This document shows, one piece after another, positions 1 to 9,837 of a stretch of 64,000 bases of DNA. This stretch comes from an uncultured Chloroflexia bacterium (GTDB lineage: Bacteria > Chloroflexota > Anaerolineae > CG2-30-64-16): contig CAWEMM010000009.1 in NCBI GenBank assembly GCA_963810095.1, positions 1-64,000 on the forward strand, given 5' to 3'. The notes under the pieces were generated by a model that had not been told where the DNA came from, did not search any database, and worked only from the letters and a program-made list of their open reading frames with translations. Within the stretch, counting starts at the first letter, position 1. Each line of letters opens with the position of its first letter. A program made the translations under genes and the position numbers.

Positions 1-1
1 C

Positions 2-439
2 CACAACCCCTTTGGTATGGTGACCGGGGCGCTGCCGAACGGCAAGAAGGCCGGCGTGGCGCTCACCGACGGAAGTCTCTCGGCCATGCCGGGCACCGAC
101 GTCAACGGACCGACTGCGTTGGTGATGTCTGCAGCAAAAGGTATTGATCCAGTTGCATATTGCGCAACGCATATGAATATGAAACTCCCGCCCGATCAGC
201 TTCAGAGTCGCAAGGGCAGGGATAATGTGCTGCGTCTGGTCAAGACCCTGTTCGATAACGGTGGTTATCACATTCAGTTCAACGTGCTGGATACCGAGAA
301 GCTAAGAGACGCCCAGAAGCACCCTGAAAACTACCGCGACCTCGTGGTCCGAGTCGCTGGTTTCAGCGCCTTCTTCACCCAGTTGCATGTGGGTGTGCAG
401 AACGAGATCATCGAACGGACCATGCAGCGTTGTGAGTAG
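2..439 (+). CDS. Glycyl radical enzyme (PFL superfamily), C-terminal part; 5' end lies outside the window
   Basis: Open frame from base 2 (HNPFGMVTGALPNG...), YHIQFNV and the glycyl-radical loop DLVVRVAGFSAFF near the C-terminus; activase gene downstream. Confidence 0.95.
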   Translation, partial: HNPFGMVTGALPNGKKAGVALTDGSLSAMPGTDVNGPTALVMSAAKGIDPVAYCATHMNMKLPPDQLQSRKGRDNVLRLVKTLFDNGGYHIQFNVLDTEKLRDAQKHPENYRDLVVRVAGFSAFFTQLHVGVQNEIIERTMQRCE

Positions 440-443
440 CCTG

Positions 444-494
444 CAACGGGCCCGGTGCGGCGTGGCCCTGCGTCACGCCGCACCGGGCCCGTTG
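444..494 (+). other. Long GC-rich stem-loop immediately after the GRE stop codon
   Basis: Perfect 21-bp inverted repeat caacgggcccggtgcggcgtg (444-464) / cacgccgcaccgggcccgttg (474-494); no U-tract follows. Confidence 0.8.
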
Positions 495-556
495 ATGAGC
501 CAGAACCTGAGGGGCCATTAGGATGCGCCCGAGCCGCACCGAAAGGAAAGTACGTG

Positions 557-1740
557 ATGAATACTGAAACAAGGCACGCCAGTTCAGCGAGACGGATTGC
601 CATCATGACGGGCGCCGGGTTTGTGCCAGGCATGAACGCCGTAGTTACAGGTGCAGCCATGGCGGCGGGCGAACTGGGATGGGAGCTGGTCGGCATCCGC
701 GATGGCTTTGAAGGCGTGTTGCACCCGGAGCGCTATCCCGACGGCGGGTTGGTGGCCCTCAGCCCCCAACTGGCCGAGAGCCTGGATCCCGGGGGCGGGG
801 GCATCCTGGGACAGTCGGGCCGGGTCGATCCGTTTCACGTCCGCACGATTGACGAAGATGACATGGTTCAGGAAGTGGACATGTCCGATGATCTGCTGAA
901 AGCGCTGAGGGCAGAGCAGATCGATGCCGTGATCTCCGTCGTTGGCGGCCGCGGGCTGAGCATTCTCTACAAGCTCCACCGCAAGGGCCTCAATGTCGTC
1001 TGCATCCCCCGCTCGATCGAAAACGACGTTGCCGCCACGGCCGTGTCCTTTGGCTTCAACAGCGCGCTCAGCTTCACCATCGAAATGCTGGACCGGGCTC
1101 GTGAGGCCGCGCAGTCTGCCCGCAAGATCGCCGTCGTGGAGGTGCTGGGAGACCAGGCCGGATGGATTGCCCTGCAGGCCGGTATTGCCGCGGGCGCGGA
1201 CGCGGTGTTGATTCCCGAGATTTGCGGCGATCTGCAAACGGTGGCCGCGAAGCTAAAGGCCAAGGTGACACCCGGCAGACCCTGGGGGCTGGTGGTGGTG
1301 GCCGAAGGGGCGCAGTTCGCCGATCATCCGCACGCCGGGGCGGACAAGCCGGCCGTCAACCCACTCCAGGCTTCGCTATCGCCGCTGGCAACGGGTGACG
1401 CCGGCGAGCACGTCATCTTGCGATCGGGCCGGGCCGCCGAGACTGTGGCGACCAGGCTGCAATTGCTGATTGCCGAGGAAGTCCAGCCACTGGTCGTGGG
1501 CCTTGGGTCAGGGGCGGCGCACCGACCGCGGTCGACCGCCAACTGGGGTTGGCTTACGGGGCCGGGGCAGTACGGGGCCTCAATGCCGGCAAGAACGGCG
1601 TGATGGTTGCGTTTGTCCCGCCAGACATCCAGTTCGTGCCGCTGGCGGACGCGCTCAACAAAGTCAGGACGGTGCCTGCGGACAGCCTGTTTATCAAGAT
1701 TGCCCAATCGCTTGGCATCAGCCTGGGGAGGGAAGTATGA
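557..1740 (+). CDS. PfkA-fold (6-phosphofructokinase-like) protein with divergent active-site motifs; one frameshift near 1500
   Basis: PGMNAVV, GIRDGFEG, GGGILG, GFNSA, VEVLG..AGWIAL, VLIPE, VVVAEGA. Continues in another frame as GPWVRGGAPTAVDRQLGLAYG to the stop at 1740. RBS-like gaaagga precedes the ATG. Confidence 0.88.
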
Positions 1741-2699
1741 ACGCCCCATCCGTCAACCCGGCCGGTCTGACAGGCATCGTGCTCAATATTCAGCGCTATT
1801 GCAGCCATGACGGTCCTGGCATCCGCACGAATATCTTCCTCAAAGGCTGCTCGCTGCGCTGCAAATGGTGCAGCAATCCCGAGAGCATCCACTTCAAGCC
1901 GGAGCTTGGCTACGCCCCCAACCTGTGCACGGGCAAGAGCGCGTGCGGCCTGTGTCTGAAGCCGCCTTTCCCTGAGGGCGCGTTCTACGTGGTCGAGGGC
2001 GCCGATGACAAAGTCAGAGTCAACTGGGATCTGGCCACGGACGTCGACGAGGCGCTGGTATCGCTCTGCCCGACGAAGGCGCTGGACATGTACGGCAAGC
2101 GGATGACCGTAGAAGAGGTGCTGAGCGAGGTCGAGAAGGACGAATCCTTCTACCGCTCAACCGGCGGCGGCATGACCCTGAGCGGCGGCGAGTGCCAGCT
2201 TCAGCCCGACTTCGCCGCAGCCTGCTCGATGGCGCGCACAAGCGCGGCTACAACACGGCCATCGAAACGGCGTTCAACGTGCCCTGGTCTTTCTGCGAGA
2301 AGGTGCTGCCCCACGTCGATACGGTGCTCCACGATCACAAGCTGACCATCCCGGAGCGCCACAAGAAGTGGACCGGCGTGGGCAACGAGCGCATCCTGGC
2401 GAACATGAAGAGGGCCTACGAGACCTTTCCCGAACACCGACTTCATCGCCCGCACGCCGCTGATTCCCGGCGTGAATGCCGATGAGGAGCATATCCGGGC
2501 GGTCCTCGCCTTCATACGCCCGTACAAGAACGTGATCGACTACGAGCTCTTGCCGTATCACCGCTTTGGACTGGGCAAGTACGAGAGCCTGGGCGTGGTG
2601 TACGAGCTGGACGACTACAAGACGCCGTCTGACGAGCTGGTGGCGCACCTGCAGGCCATCATCGACGAGGCCTTCGGCCGCAGTGAGCCCAAAGCCTAG
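1737..2699 (+). CDS. Glycyl-radical enzyme activating protein (radical SAM); frameshift near 2221
   Basis: NIQRYCSHDGPGIRT.IFLKGCSLRCKWCSNPES (CxxxCxxC), TLSGGE, TAIET, RTPLIPG, ELLPYHRFG; ATGA overlap with the upstream gene. Confidence 0.95.
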
Positions 2700-2790
2700 C
2701 GGTCCGACCCGGGGATAGTAACCGGCGTCACTCTGAGTTACCCATGTCGCCCCCTGCAGGTTGCAGGTCACACAAGAAAGGAAAAAGACA

Positions 2791-3177
2791 ATGCGCAAGC
2801 CCATCTATGAGATGACCCCCAAGCACAGCCACTTCACCGAGGCCTTTGACATCCAGATCTGGGGAGAGGAGCACGGCGGTATGATCTGTGCTGTTCACCA
2901 CTTCGCTCCGGGCACGGATATCACGCCCGCTTTCGAAACGTTTGGCGGTTTCTGCCCGGTTCCGCACTGGGGCTACTGCTTCAAGGGCGAGGCGACTATG
3001 CGGTACGCCGATGGGGCTGAAGAAGTGATTCGCGCCGGGGACATGTTCTACTTCCCCGCGGGTCATACGATGATCATCGACAAGAACGCCCCGGTCGCCT
3101 GCGAGATCATCGAGTTCAGCAACGCCGCTGATTTTGCCCAAGGCGAGGCTGAGGTCGCGGAGGCCGCGAAGAAGTAA
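2791..3177 (+). CDS. Cupin-domain protein
   Basis: CPVPHWGYCFKG ... AGDMFYFPAGH cupin motifs; purine-rich RBS aaggaaa upstream. Confidence 0.8.
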   Translation: MRKPIYEMTPKHSHFTEAFDIQIWGEEHGGMICAVHHFAPGTDITPAFETFGGFCPVPHWGYCFKGEATMRYADGAEEVIRAGDMFYFPAGHTMIIDKNAPVACEIIEFSNAADFAQGEAEVAEAAKK

Positions 3178-3212
3178 GGATCTTCCGGGAATTCTCAGGA
3201 GTTGAGGAGAGC

Positions 3213-3267
3213 GGCGCAGCCTCGCTATAGTGGGTTGAAGGCAAACTCATCATAGCGAGGCTGCGCC
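3213..3267. terminator. Stem-loop downstream of the GRE operon (terminator or stabilising hairpin)
   Basis: Perfect 16-bp inverted repeat ggcgcagcctcgctat / atagcgaggctgcgcc with partial pairing inside; no clear U-tract. Confidence 0.55.
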
Positions 3268-3535
3268 AGTCCGAAACACGGTGCCACATGGCCGCAGTGG
3301 AGACCGTTTGACTGCGATGGCCGAAGGGGAGCACAGAAGACGACATCGGACCCGACAAGGCCGCCTGACAGACTACACCCTTTTTGGCCCAATCAGTGTC
3401 TGGTCGTGCGCGGCGCGACTGCCTATACTTCAGATATAGGCTGCGATTCGATGAGTCACCCGAGACTGTGCTCAGCGGGTGCCTGCATCGCAATGTCTCG
3501 GCCACTCAGATACGGCGCAATGCTGGAGGCGTGCT

Positions 3536-3688
3536 ATGAGCGATGTCACGAGCTTGATCTACGCCATGTTGCTAATTGTTATGGGCCTTAGCGTGATCAT
3601 CATGTCGAAGCCGCCCGCTGGGGAGGAGGCGGCCGTTCGCGTCCCGTCAGAGACGCCAACCAATGAGCATGGAGGTTACGATGGGTAA
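3536..3688 (+). CDS. Small single-pass membrane protein (50 aa)
   Basis: GGAGG RBS, then MSDVTSLIYAMLLIVMGLSVIIMSKP...; stop overlaps the ppk2 start. Confidence 0.55.
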   Translation: MSDVTSLIYAMLLIVMGLSVIIMSKPPAGEEAAVRVPSETPTNEHGGYDG

Positions 3689-4583
3689 GGACAAGGCCAA
3701 GAAGAAGGACAAGAAGGATACCGGGGCCGCGCCGGAGGCGGAGGGTGCTGCAAACCCGTCCGCGGCCCTGTCCTCCGTCGCGCCCCAGGAGGCTGGCTGG
3801 GACAACAAGCCCAAGATGAAGAAGAAAGAATACGAGGAGGAACTGGAGAAGCTCCAGATCGAGCTCGTCAAAATGCAGGAATGGGTGAAGGCCACCAACG
3901 CCAAGGTCTGCGTGCTGTTCGAAGGGCGCGACGCGGCCGGCAAGGGCGGCATCATTAAGGCCATCACCATGCGCACCAGCCCACGCGTCTTCCGGGTGAT
4001 CGCGCTGGCCTCGCCGACCGAGCGCGAGAAGTCGCAGATGTACTTCCAGCGTTACATGCCGCACCTGCCGGCCGGAGGCGAGGTGGTGCTGTTCGACCGC
4101 AGCTGGTACAACCGGGCGGGCGTCGAGCGGGTGATGGGCTTCACCCCGGAAGATCAGGTCCAGAGCTTCCTGAAGAACGTGCCGCCCGTGGAACGGGCTA
4201 TCATCGCGTCCGGCACCATCCTGCTGAAGTACTGGCTCGAAGAGACGATGGAGGACCAGACCGAGCGGTTCGAGGAACGCATCCACGACTACAAGAAGAT
4301 CTGGAAGCTCAGCCCGATGGACCTGGAGAGCCACCGGCGCTGGTATGACTATTCTCGGGCGCGGGATGCGATGTTCGCGGCCACCGATTGTCCGGACACG
4401 CCGTGGTACGTGGTGGACTCGCACGATCAGAAGCGCGGACGCCTCAACTGCATCAGCCACCTCCTGAACCAGGTCCCGTATCACGAGGTCCCGCATGAGG
4501 AGGTCAAGCTGCCGAAGCGCCAGCCCAAAGGCGACTACGAGGGGCCGAACTACCCATTCCGCTGGGTGCCGGCGAAGTTCTAA
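3681..4583 (+). CDS. ppk2: Polyphosphate kinase 2
   Basis: FEGRDAAGKGG Walker A, LFDRSWYNRAGVERVMGF, WKLSPMD; GGAGG RBS. Confidence 0.95.
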   Translation: MGKDKAKKKDKKDTGAAPEAEGAANPSAALSSVAPQEAGWDNKPKMKKKEYEEELEKLQIELVKMQEWVKATNAKVCVLFEGRDAAGKGGIIKAITMRTSPRVFRVIALASPTEREKSQMYFQRYMPHLPAGGEVVLFDRSWYNRAGVERVMGFTPEDQVQSFLKNVPPVERAIIASGTILLKYWLEETMEDQTERFEERIHDYKKIWKLSPMDLESHRRWYDYSRARDAMFAATDCPDTPWYVVDSHDQKRGRLNCISHLLNQVPYHEVPHEEVKLPKRQPKGDYEGPNYPFRWVPAKF

Positions 4584-4619
4584 TCCGCCGACGGCGGGTC
4601 CGAAGGGAGGGTTTTGGAC

Positions 4620-7412
4620 GTGGCAGAAGGAACCACGGGGCCGAAGGCCCCAGAACAACAGAAGTGGTACGCCCTGACTGCGGAGGCCGTCGCGCAACAG
4701 CTGAAGGTCGACCCGGCCAAGGGCCTCACCTCCACCGAGGCGCAGCAGCGCCTCCAGCAGTACGGCCCGAACCAGATGGCCGCCAAGAAGAAGGAATCGG
4801 GCCTGCAGGCCTTCCTCCGCCAGTATAAGGATTTCATGCAGATCATCCTGGTGGGCGCGGCCGTCATCAGCCTGGTCGTCACGCGGGATCTGCCTACGAC
4901 CTTGGTGCTGCTCGCCCTGACAGTCTTCAACGCGCTGCTCGGCCTGCGCGGGGAGTCGAAGGCCGAGGCCAGCCTGAGCGCGCTCGAGAAGATGATGAAG
5001 AATATCGCCCGGGTGCGTCGCGACGGCCAGGCGATCGAGATCGAGGCCGAAGGGATCGTGCCGGGCGACATCGTGCTGATGGAGGCGGGCAACCGCGTCC
5101 CGGCCGATGGACGGCTCTTCGTCACTGCGACCCTCGAGATCGAGGAAGCTGCGCTGACGGGCGAGAGCGTCGCTTCGCCTAAGGATACCGAGACCATCAC
5201 ACCCTTGCCCGGCAAGGCAGCCGATGCCGCACTCGGCGACCGCCACTGCATGGCTTACATGAACACTGCGGTCACGCGCGGTCGCGGCGAGATGATCGTC
5301 ACGACCACGGGCATGGGCACCGAGATGGGCCACATCGCCGACTTGCTCAACAAGACCGAAGCGGACAAGACCCCGCTGCAGAAACAGCTCGACCGGCTCA
5401 CCGTTATCATCGCTGCCCTGGCCGGCTTGGCATTCGTCCTCATGGTAATCCTGGGTCTGAGCCGCGGCGATACCTTCGAGACAATCTTCGTCGCCGGCAT
5501 CGCCCTGGCGATCTCAGCTATTCCGACCGGCCTGCCCGCGGTCGTCACTACCATGTACTCGATGGGCACACGGGCGCTCGCCGCGCAGGGCGCGATCGTC
5601 AAGCGGCTGCCGTCCGTCGAGACGCTGGGCTCAGTCTCAGCGATCTGCTCAGACAAGACCGGCACGCTGACACTGAACAAGATGACGGCGCGCGAGTTCA
5701 CGATCCCCGGCCAGAACCGCTACAAGGTAACCGGCGAGGGCTACAGCACGGTCGGACAGCTGCAACACTCGGGCGGTGCGAAGATCGACCTCGATGCCGT
5801 GCTGCTGCCTATGGCGCTGTGCGCCGATGCCCGGCTCGACGGCGAGAACCTCATTGGCGACCCGACCGAAGGCGCGTTGATCGTGCTGGCGGAAAAGGGC
5901 GGCATCAGCGTGGAAGGCGCGCGGGAGATGTATCCGCGCATCGCCGAGGTGCCCTTCGACTCCGACTACAAGTTTATGGGCACGTTCCACAACATGAGGA
6001 ACGAGCAGGGCCAACCCGTGGTGCGCTGCTTCGTCAAGGGCGCGCCTGACGTGCTTATCGCACGCAGCGGCTCACTTTTGCTGCCGGGCGGCGAGGTACG
6101 CGTTGGGACGCAGGAACTGGGCCAGTTAGCGCTGCAGGAAAACGAGCGCATGGCGAAGGCCGGCGAGCGCGTCATGGTCGTGGCACGCCGCGACTTCGAC
6201 CCCGCCACCTTCGATCCGAAGGGCCCGGCCGGCGACGGGAAGCTGATCGGTCTGATGACCGACCTGACCTTCCTGGCCATGGTGGGCATCGTCGATCCGC
6301 CGCGGGCGGAGGCTAAAGCGGCCATCGCCAAGTGCCACAGCGCGGGGATCGCCGTGCGCATGATCACGGGCGACCACGCCGTCACCGCCGCGGCCATTGG
6401 GCACGAACTGGGCATCGAGGGCAAAGCCCTGACGGGTGCGCAGTTCGCCGCCATGCCCGATGACCAGCTCAAGCAACAGCTCGACGAAATCGGCGTGGTG
6501 GCACGCGTGGCGCCGGAAGACAAGATCCGGCTGGTGCGCTTGCTGCAGGAGAAGCAGAACATCGTCGCCATGACGGGCGACGGCGTGAACGATGCGCCCG
6601 CCCTCAAGAAGGCCGACATCGGCGTGGCAATGGGCATCACCGGCACCGAAGTTTCCAAGGGCGCCGCCGTGATGATCCTGACCGACGACAACTTCGCCAC
6701 GATCGTCAAGGCAGTCGAGTTCGGCCGTGCGATCTACGAGAATCTCGCTAAGTTCATCCGCTTCCAGATGACTGCGCTGGTCGCATTCATCCTCAGCTAC
6801 CTGGGCGCGGCGTTCCTGTACATTCTCGGCGGCGTCCCATTCACACCCTTCGTCGTCCTATGGATTAACTTCGCCGTCCAGATCCCCGTCGCCATCTCCC
6901 TGGGTTTCGACAAACCCGCGCCCGGCCTGATGGAGAAGAAACCGCGGCCGCTAAGCCAGCCGGTGCTCTCGCGCTCGCAATGGGTGCGCATCGCCTTCAT
7001 GGGACTCCTCGTCACCATCGGGACCCTGATCCTGGAGAAGGTGACGCCTGATCCCGCCCTGGCCGCCACGATGGGGTTCGTCGTGTTCTCGCTGTTTACC
7101 GTCGTGATCGCTCTCACCGTGCGCGACGAAACCCGCACTGCGTTCAACCGGGACATCCTGTCCGACCGGCACCAGCTGCTGCTCTACGGGTTATCCCTGC
7201 TGTTCATCATCGTCCCGATCGAGTTGGGCTTCCCGCGCTTCCTCGGCCTGACCAGGCTGAACGGCAACCAGTGGCTGATCTGTATCGCGTTCGCTATCGC
7301 CTACCTGCTCATCGACGAAGTGGTCAAGGTCTTCATGCGTGCCAGGCGGCATAGCAGCGCGCCTAAGGAAGAGGAAAAGGCAGCACCTGTGGCAGGAGCG
7401 GCGTCAGCCTGA
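4620..7412 (+). CDS. Cation-transporting P-type ATPase (type II, HAD-IC)
   Basis: LTGES, ICSDKTGTLT phosphorylation site, KGAPD, MITGD, MTGDGVNDAPAL, about 10 TM segments; GGAGG precedes GTG at 4620. Confidence 0.95.
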   Translation: MAEGTTGPKAPEQQKWYALTAEAVAQQLKVDPAKGLTSTEAQQRLQQYGPNQMAAKKKESGLQAFLRQYKDFMQIILVGAAVISLVVTRDLPTTLVLLALTVFNALLGLRGESKAEASLSALEKMMKNIARVRRDGQAIEIEAEGIVPGDIVLMEAGNRVPADGRLFVTATLEIEEAALTGESVASPKDTETITPLPGKAADAALGDRHCMAYMNTAVTRGRGEMIVTTTGMGTEMGHIADLLNKTEADKTPLQKQLDRLTVIIAALAGLAFVLMVILGLSRGDTFETIFVAGIALAISAIPTGLPAVVTTMYSMGTRALAAQGAIVKRLPSVETLGSVSAICSDKTGTLTLNKMTAREFTIPGQNRYKVTGEGYSTVGQLQHSGGAKIDLDAVLLPMALCADARLDGENLIGDPTEGALIVLAEKGGISVEGAREMYPRIAEVPFDSDYKFMGTFHNMRNEQGQPVVRCFVKGAPDVLIARSGSLLLPGGEVRVGTQELGQLALQENERMAKAGERVMVVARRDFDPATFDPKGPAGDGKLIGLMTDLTFLAMVGIVDPPRAEAKAAIAKCHSAGIAVRMITGDHAVTAAAIGHELGIEGKALTGAQFAAMPDDQLKQQLDEIGVVARVAPEDKIRLVRLLQEKQNIVAMTGDGVNDAPALKKADIGVAMGITGTEVSKGAAVMILTDDNFATIVKAVEFGRAIYENLAKFIRFQMTALVAFILSYLGAAFLYILGGVPFTPFVVLWINFAVQIPVAISLGFDKPAPGLMEKKPRPLSQPVLSRSQWVRIAFMGLLVTIGTLILEKVTPDPALAATMGFVVFSLFTVVIALTVRDETRTAFNRDILSDRHQLLLYGLSLLFIIVPIELGFPRFLGLTRLNGNQWLICIAFAIAYLLIDEVVKVFMRARRHSSAPKEEEKAAPVAGAASA

Positions 7413-7557
7413 GCGCCGGTTTGGGAGTGCGCCTGTGCCAGGCGACGGCTGAGGGGAATGAACGCCCCCTCCAGCAACCATAACAAATGCGCGTCCCGTT
7501 TCCCGGCCGTTGCGACAGCGCGACGGCCGGCATTCACACCCCCACGGAGGTTTGGTC

Positions 7558-7884
7558 ATGTTACTCATCGGATGTCTGTTCGCATTTGCCCTGGCCGTTG
7601 CGCCTCGCGTCGTTCTCGTGTTCGCCTGGATCTTCAGCGACCGCTGGCAGATCGTGTGGGGCGGCCAGTGGCTCTTGCCCTTGCTGGGGATCATCTTCCT
7701 ACCCTTCACGACAGTTATGTACATGCTGACCTGGAAGCCCACCGGCATTCAGGGCTGGGATTGGATGTGGATCGGCCTGGGCGTGTTCATGGACATCATG
7801 AAGTGGGCCCAGATAGCGGCCAACCGCAAGGGCATCCCAGGGTACCCGCAAGGGGAACCGTCCACAACTGCGCCCGTAGCGTAA
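7558..7884 (+). CDS. Small multi-pass membrane protein, paralogue of 16737-17153
   Basis: GGAGG RBS; hydrophobic; shares LG.xFLPFTT.MY, IQG.DW.W, MD and AANR..IP.GYP with the paralogue. Confidence 0.8.
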   Translation: MLLIGCLFAFALAVAPRVVLVFAWIFSDRWQIVWGGQWLLPLLGIIFLPFTTVMYMLTWKPTGIQGWDWMWIGLGVFMDIMKWAQIAANRKGIPGYPQGEPSTTAPVA

Positions 7885-7911
7885 GGCTGCTCGCGCCGGT
7901 TTACCTTGACC

Positions 7912-7944
7912 AAAGGCGATCGGGGTTGACCCCGGTCGCCTTTT
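7912..7944. terminator. Intrinsic terminator, possibly bidirectional
   Basis: aaaggcgatcgggg-ttga-ccccggtcgcctttt. Confidence 0.75.
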
Positions 7945-8049
7945 GAGCCAGCGCCTGGCCTTCCCGGCTTCTCTTGAGTCAGTGCCGGCGACTCCACGAC
8001 GGACGCGTCATCGCGGGACCGGCACGAGACTCACACGGGGGATCGTAGC

Positions 8050-9837
8050 ATGGAACTACAAGGGCCCAGTCCAATTACACGCACGGCGCAGCCAAAGGGC
8101 GCGAGCCGCTGGATCCCGGCGTTGGGTGCACTGCGCGCCTATCAGCGCGCCTGGCTGCCCAAAGACATCGTGGCCGGGCTCGTGCTCACGGCAATCCTCG
8201 TTCCGGTCGGCATGGGCTACGCCGAAGCGGCCGGGCTGCCTGCAATCTACGGCCTGTACGCGACGATCTTTCCACTGATCGGGTACGCCATCTTTGGCCC
8301 AAGCCGCATTCTCGTGCTCGGTCCAGATTCTTCGCTGGCCGCCATTATTGCCGCGACCATCGTGCCGCTCGCCGCGGGCAACGCCGAGTTCCTGGTTTCG
8401 TTGGCCGGGATGCTGGCGCTGTTCACCGGCGCCCTGTGCATCATCGCAGGCCTGGCGAAGTTCGGTTTCATCACCGATCTGCTCTCAAAGCCGATCCGAC
8501 TGGGTTATTTGAACGGTATTGCACTCACCGTCCTGGTCGGCCAGTTGCCCAAAATCCTCGGCTTCGATGCGAGCGGCAGCGGACTGATCCAGGAGGCCAT
8601 CAGCCTGGTGCAGGGCGTGGTACAGGGCAAGACCAATCCGGTCACCTTCGCCATCGGGGCCGCCTCGCTGGCCCTCATCCTCATCTTCAAGCGCCTATGG
8701 CCGAAAATCCCAGGCGTGCTGATCGCGGTGATCGGGGCAACCATCGTCGTCGGCGTGTTTGACCTGGCGGCGCGGGCCGGCGTTTCGGTGGTGGGGCCGC
8801 TGCCGCAGGGGCTGCCATCTCTCAAGCTGCCACTGGTGCCGCTGGAGTATTGGGGTCCGCTGCTGGCCGGCGCGCTGGCGATCACGCTGGTCTCGTTTGC
8901 GGATACCAGCGTGCTGTCGAGGACGTTTGCCTTGCGCGGCGGCTACAAGGTGGACCAGAACCAGGAGATCATTGCGCTGGGTGCGGCGAACGTGGCCTCA
9001 GGGCTGTTCCAGGGCTTCTCGATCTCGAGCAGCTCGTCGCGGACCCCGGTGGCAGAGCAGGCGGGCTCCAAGACACAACTGACCGGCGTCGTGGGCGCCC
9101 TGTGCATCGCACTGCTGCTGGTGTTTGCACCGACGCTGCTGCAGAACCTGCCGAACGCAGTCCTGGGGGCCGTGGTCATCTCGGCGTGTATCTCGCTGGT
9201 GGACATCCCGAGTGTCCTCAACTTGCGCAAGGTGCGCCCGGGCGAGTTTTGGCTCTCGGTGGTCTGTTTCCTGGGCGTCGCACTGGTCGGTGTCATCCAG
9301 GGCATCTTCATCGCGGTCATACTGGCCCTGTTCGGCTTCATTTGGCGTGCCTGGCGGCCCTACGATGCCGTGCTGGCCCGCGTCGACGGATTGAAGGGGT
9401 ATCACGACGTCACGCGCTATCCGGAGGCAAGACGGGTGCCGGGGCTGGTGCTCTTCCGCTGGGATGCGCCCCTGTTCTTCGCGAACGCCGAGGTGTTTCG
9501 GGAACACGTGCTGGAGGCGGTGGCCGACGCGCCCACGCCGACGAAATGGGTCGTCGTCGCGGCTGAGCCTGTGACCGATATCGACACCACCGCGGCGGAC
9601 GCGCTTTCAGCGCTCGACGACGACTTGCAGAGGGCCGGCATCGAGCTGTGCTTCGCCGAGATGAAGGATCCGGTGAAAGATCGCCTCAAGCGCTACGGGC
9701 TGTTCACCAAGCTCGGATCGCATCTCTTCTTCCCGACACTCGGCCAGGCCGTCGATGCCTACCTGGAGATGCACCAGGTGGATTGGGTAGATTGGGATGA
9801 GCGGGGCGGAACGGGCAGCGCGAAAGGAAGCGGCTGA
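8050..9837 (+). CDS. sulP: SulP/SLC26 anion permease with STAS domain
   Basis: DIVAGL, PVGMGYA.AAGLP.IYGLYA, NQEIIALGAAN, SSSRT; C-terminal APLFFANA...DIDTTA STAS domain. Confidence 0.93.
   Translation: MELQGPSPITRTAQPKGASRWIPALGALRAYQRAWLPKDIVAGLVLTAILVPVGMGYAEAAGLPAIYGLYATIFPLIGYAIFGPSRILVLGPDSSLAAIIAATIVPLAAGNAEFLVSLAGMLALFTGALCIIAGLAKFGFITDLLSKPIRLGYLNGIALTVLVGQLPKILGFDASGSGLIQEAISLVQGVVQGKTNPVTFAIGAASLALILIFKRLWPKIPGVLIAVIGATIVVGVFDLAARAGVSVVGPLPQGLPSLKLPLVPLEYWGPLLAGALAITLVSFADTSVLSRTFALRGGYKVDQNQEIIALGAANVASGLFQGFSISSSSSRTPVAEQAGSKTQLTGVVGALCIALLLVFAPTLLQNLPNAVLGAVVISACISLVDIPSVLNLRKVRPGEFWLSVVCFLGVALVGVIQGIFIAVILALFGFIWRAWRPYDAVLARVDGLKGYHDVTRYPEARRVPGLVLFRWDAPLFFANAEVFREHVLEAVADAPTPTKWVVVAAEPVTDIDTTAADALSALDDDLQRAGIELCFAEMKDPVKDRLKRYGLFTKLGSHLFFPTLGQAVDAYLEMHQVDWVDWDERGGTGSAKGSG

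Noticed and set aside
3600-5333. Long antisense ORFs (also 27846-29528, 32992-34506, 31101-32594, 50077-51195)
   Set aside because: Shadow frames of well-supported genes in high-GC DNA with no recognisable motifs.
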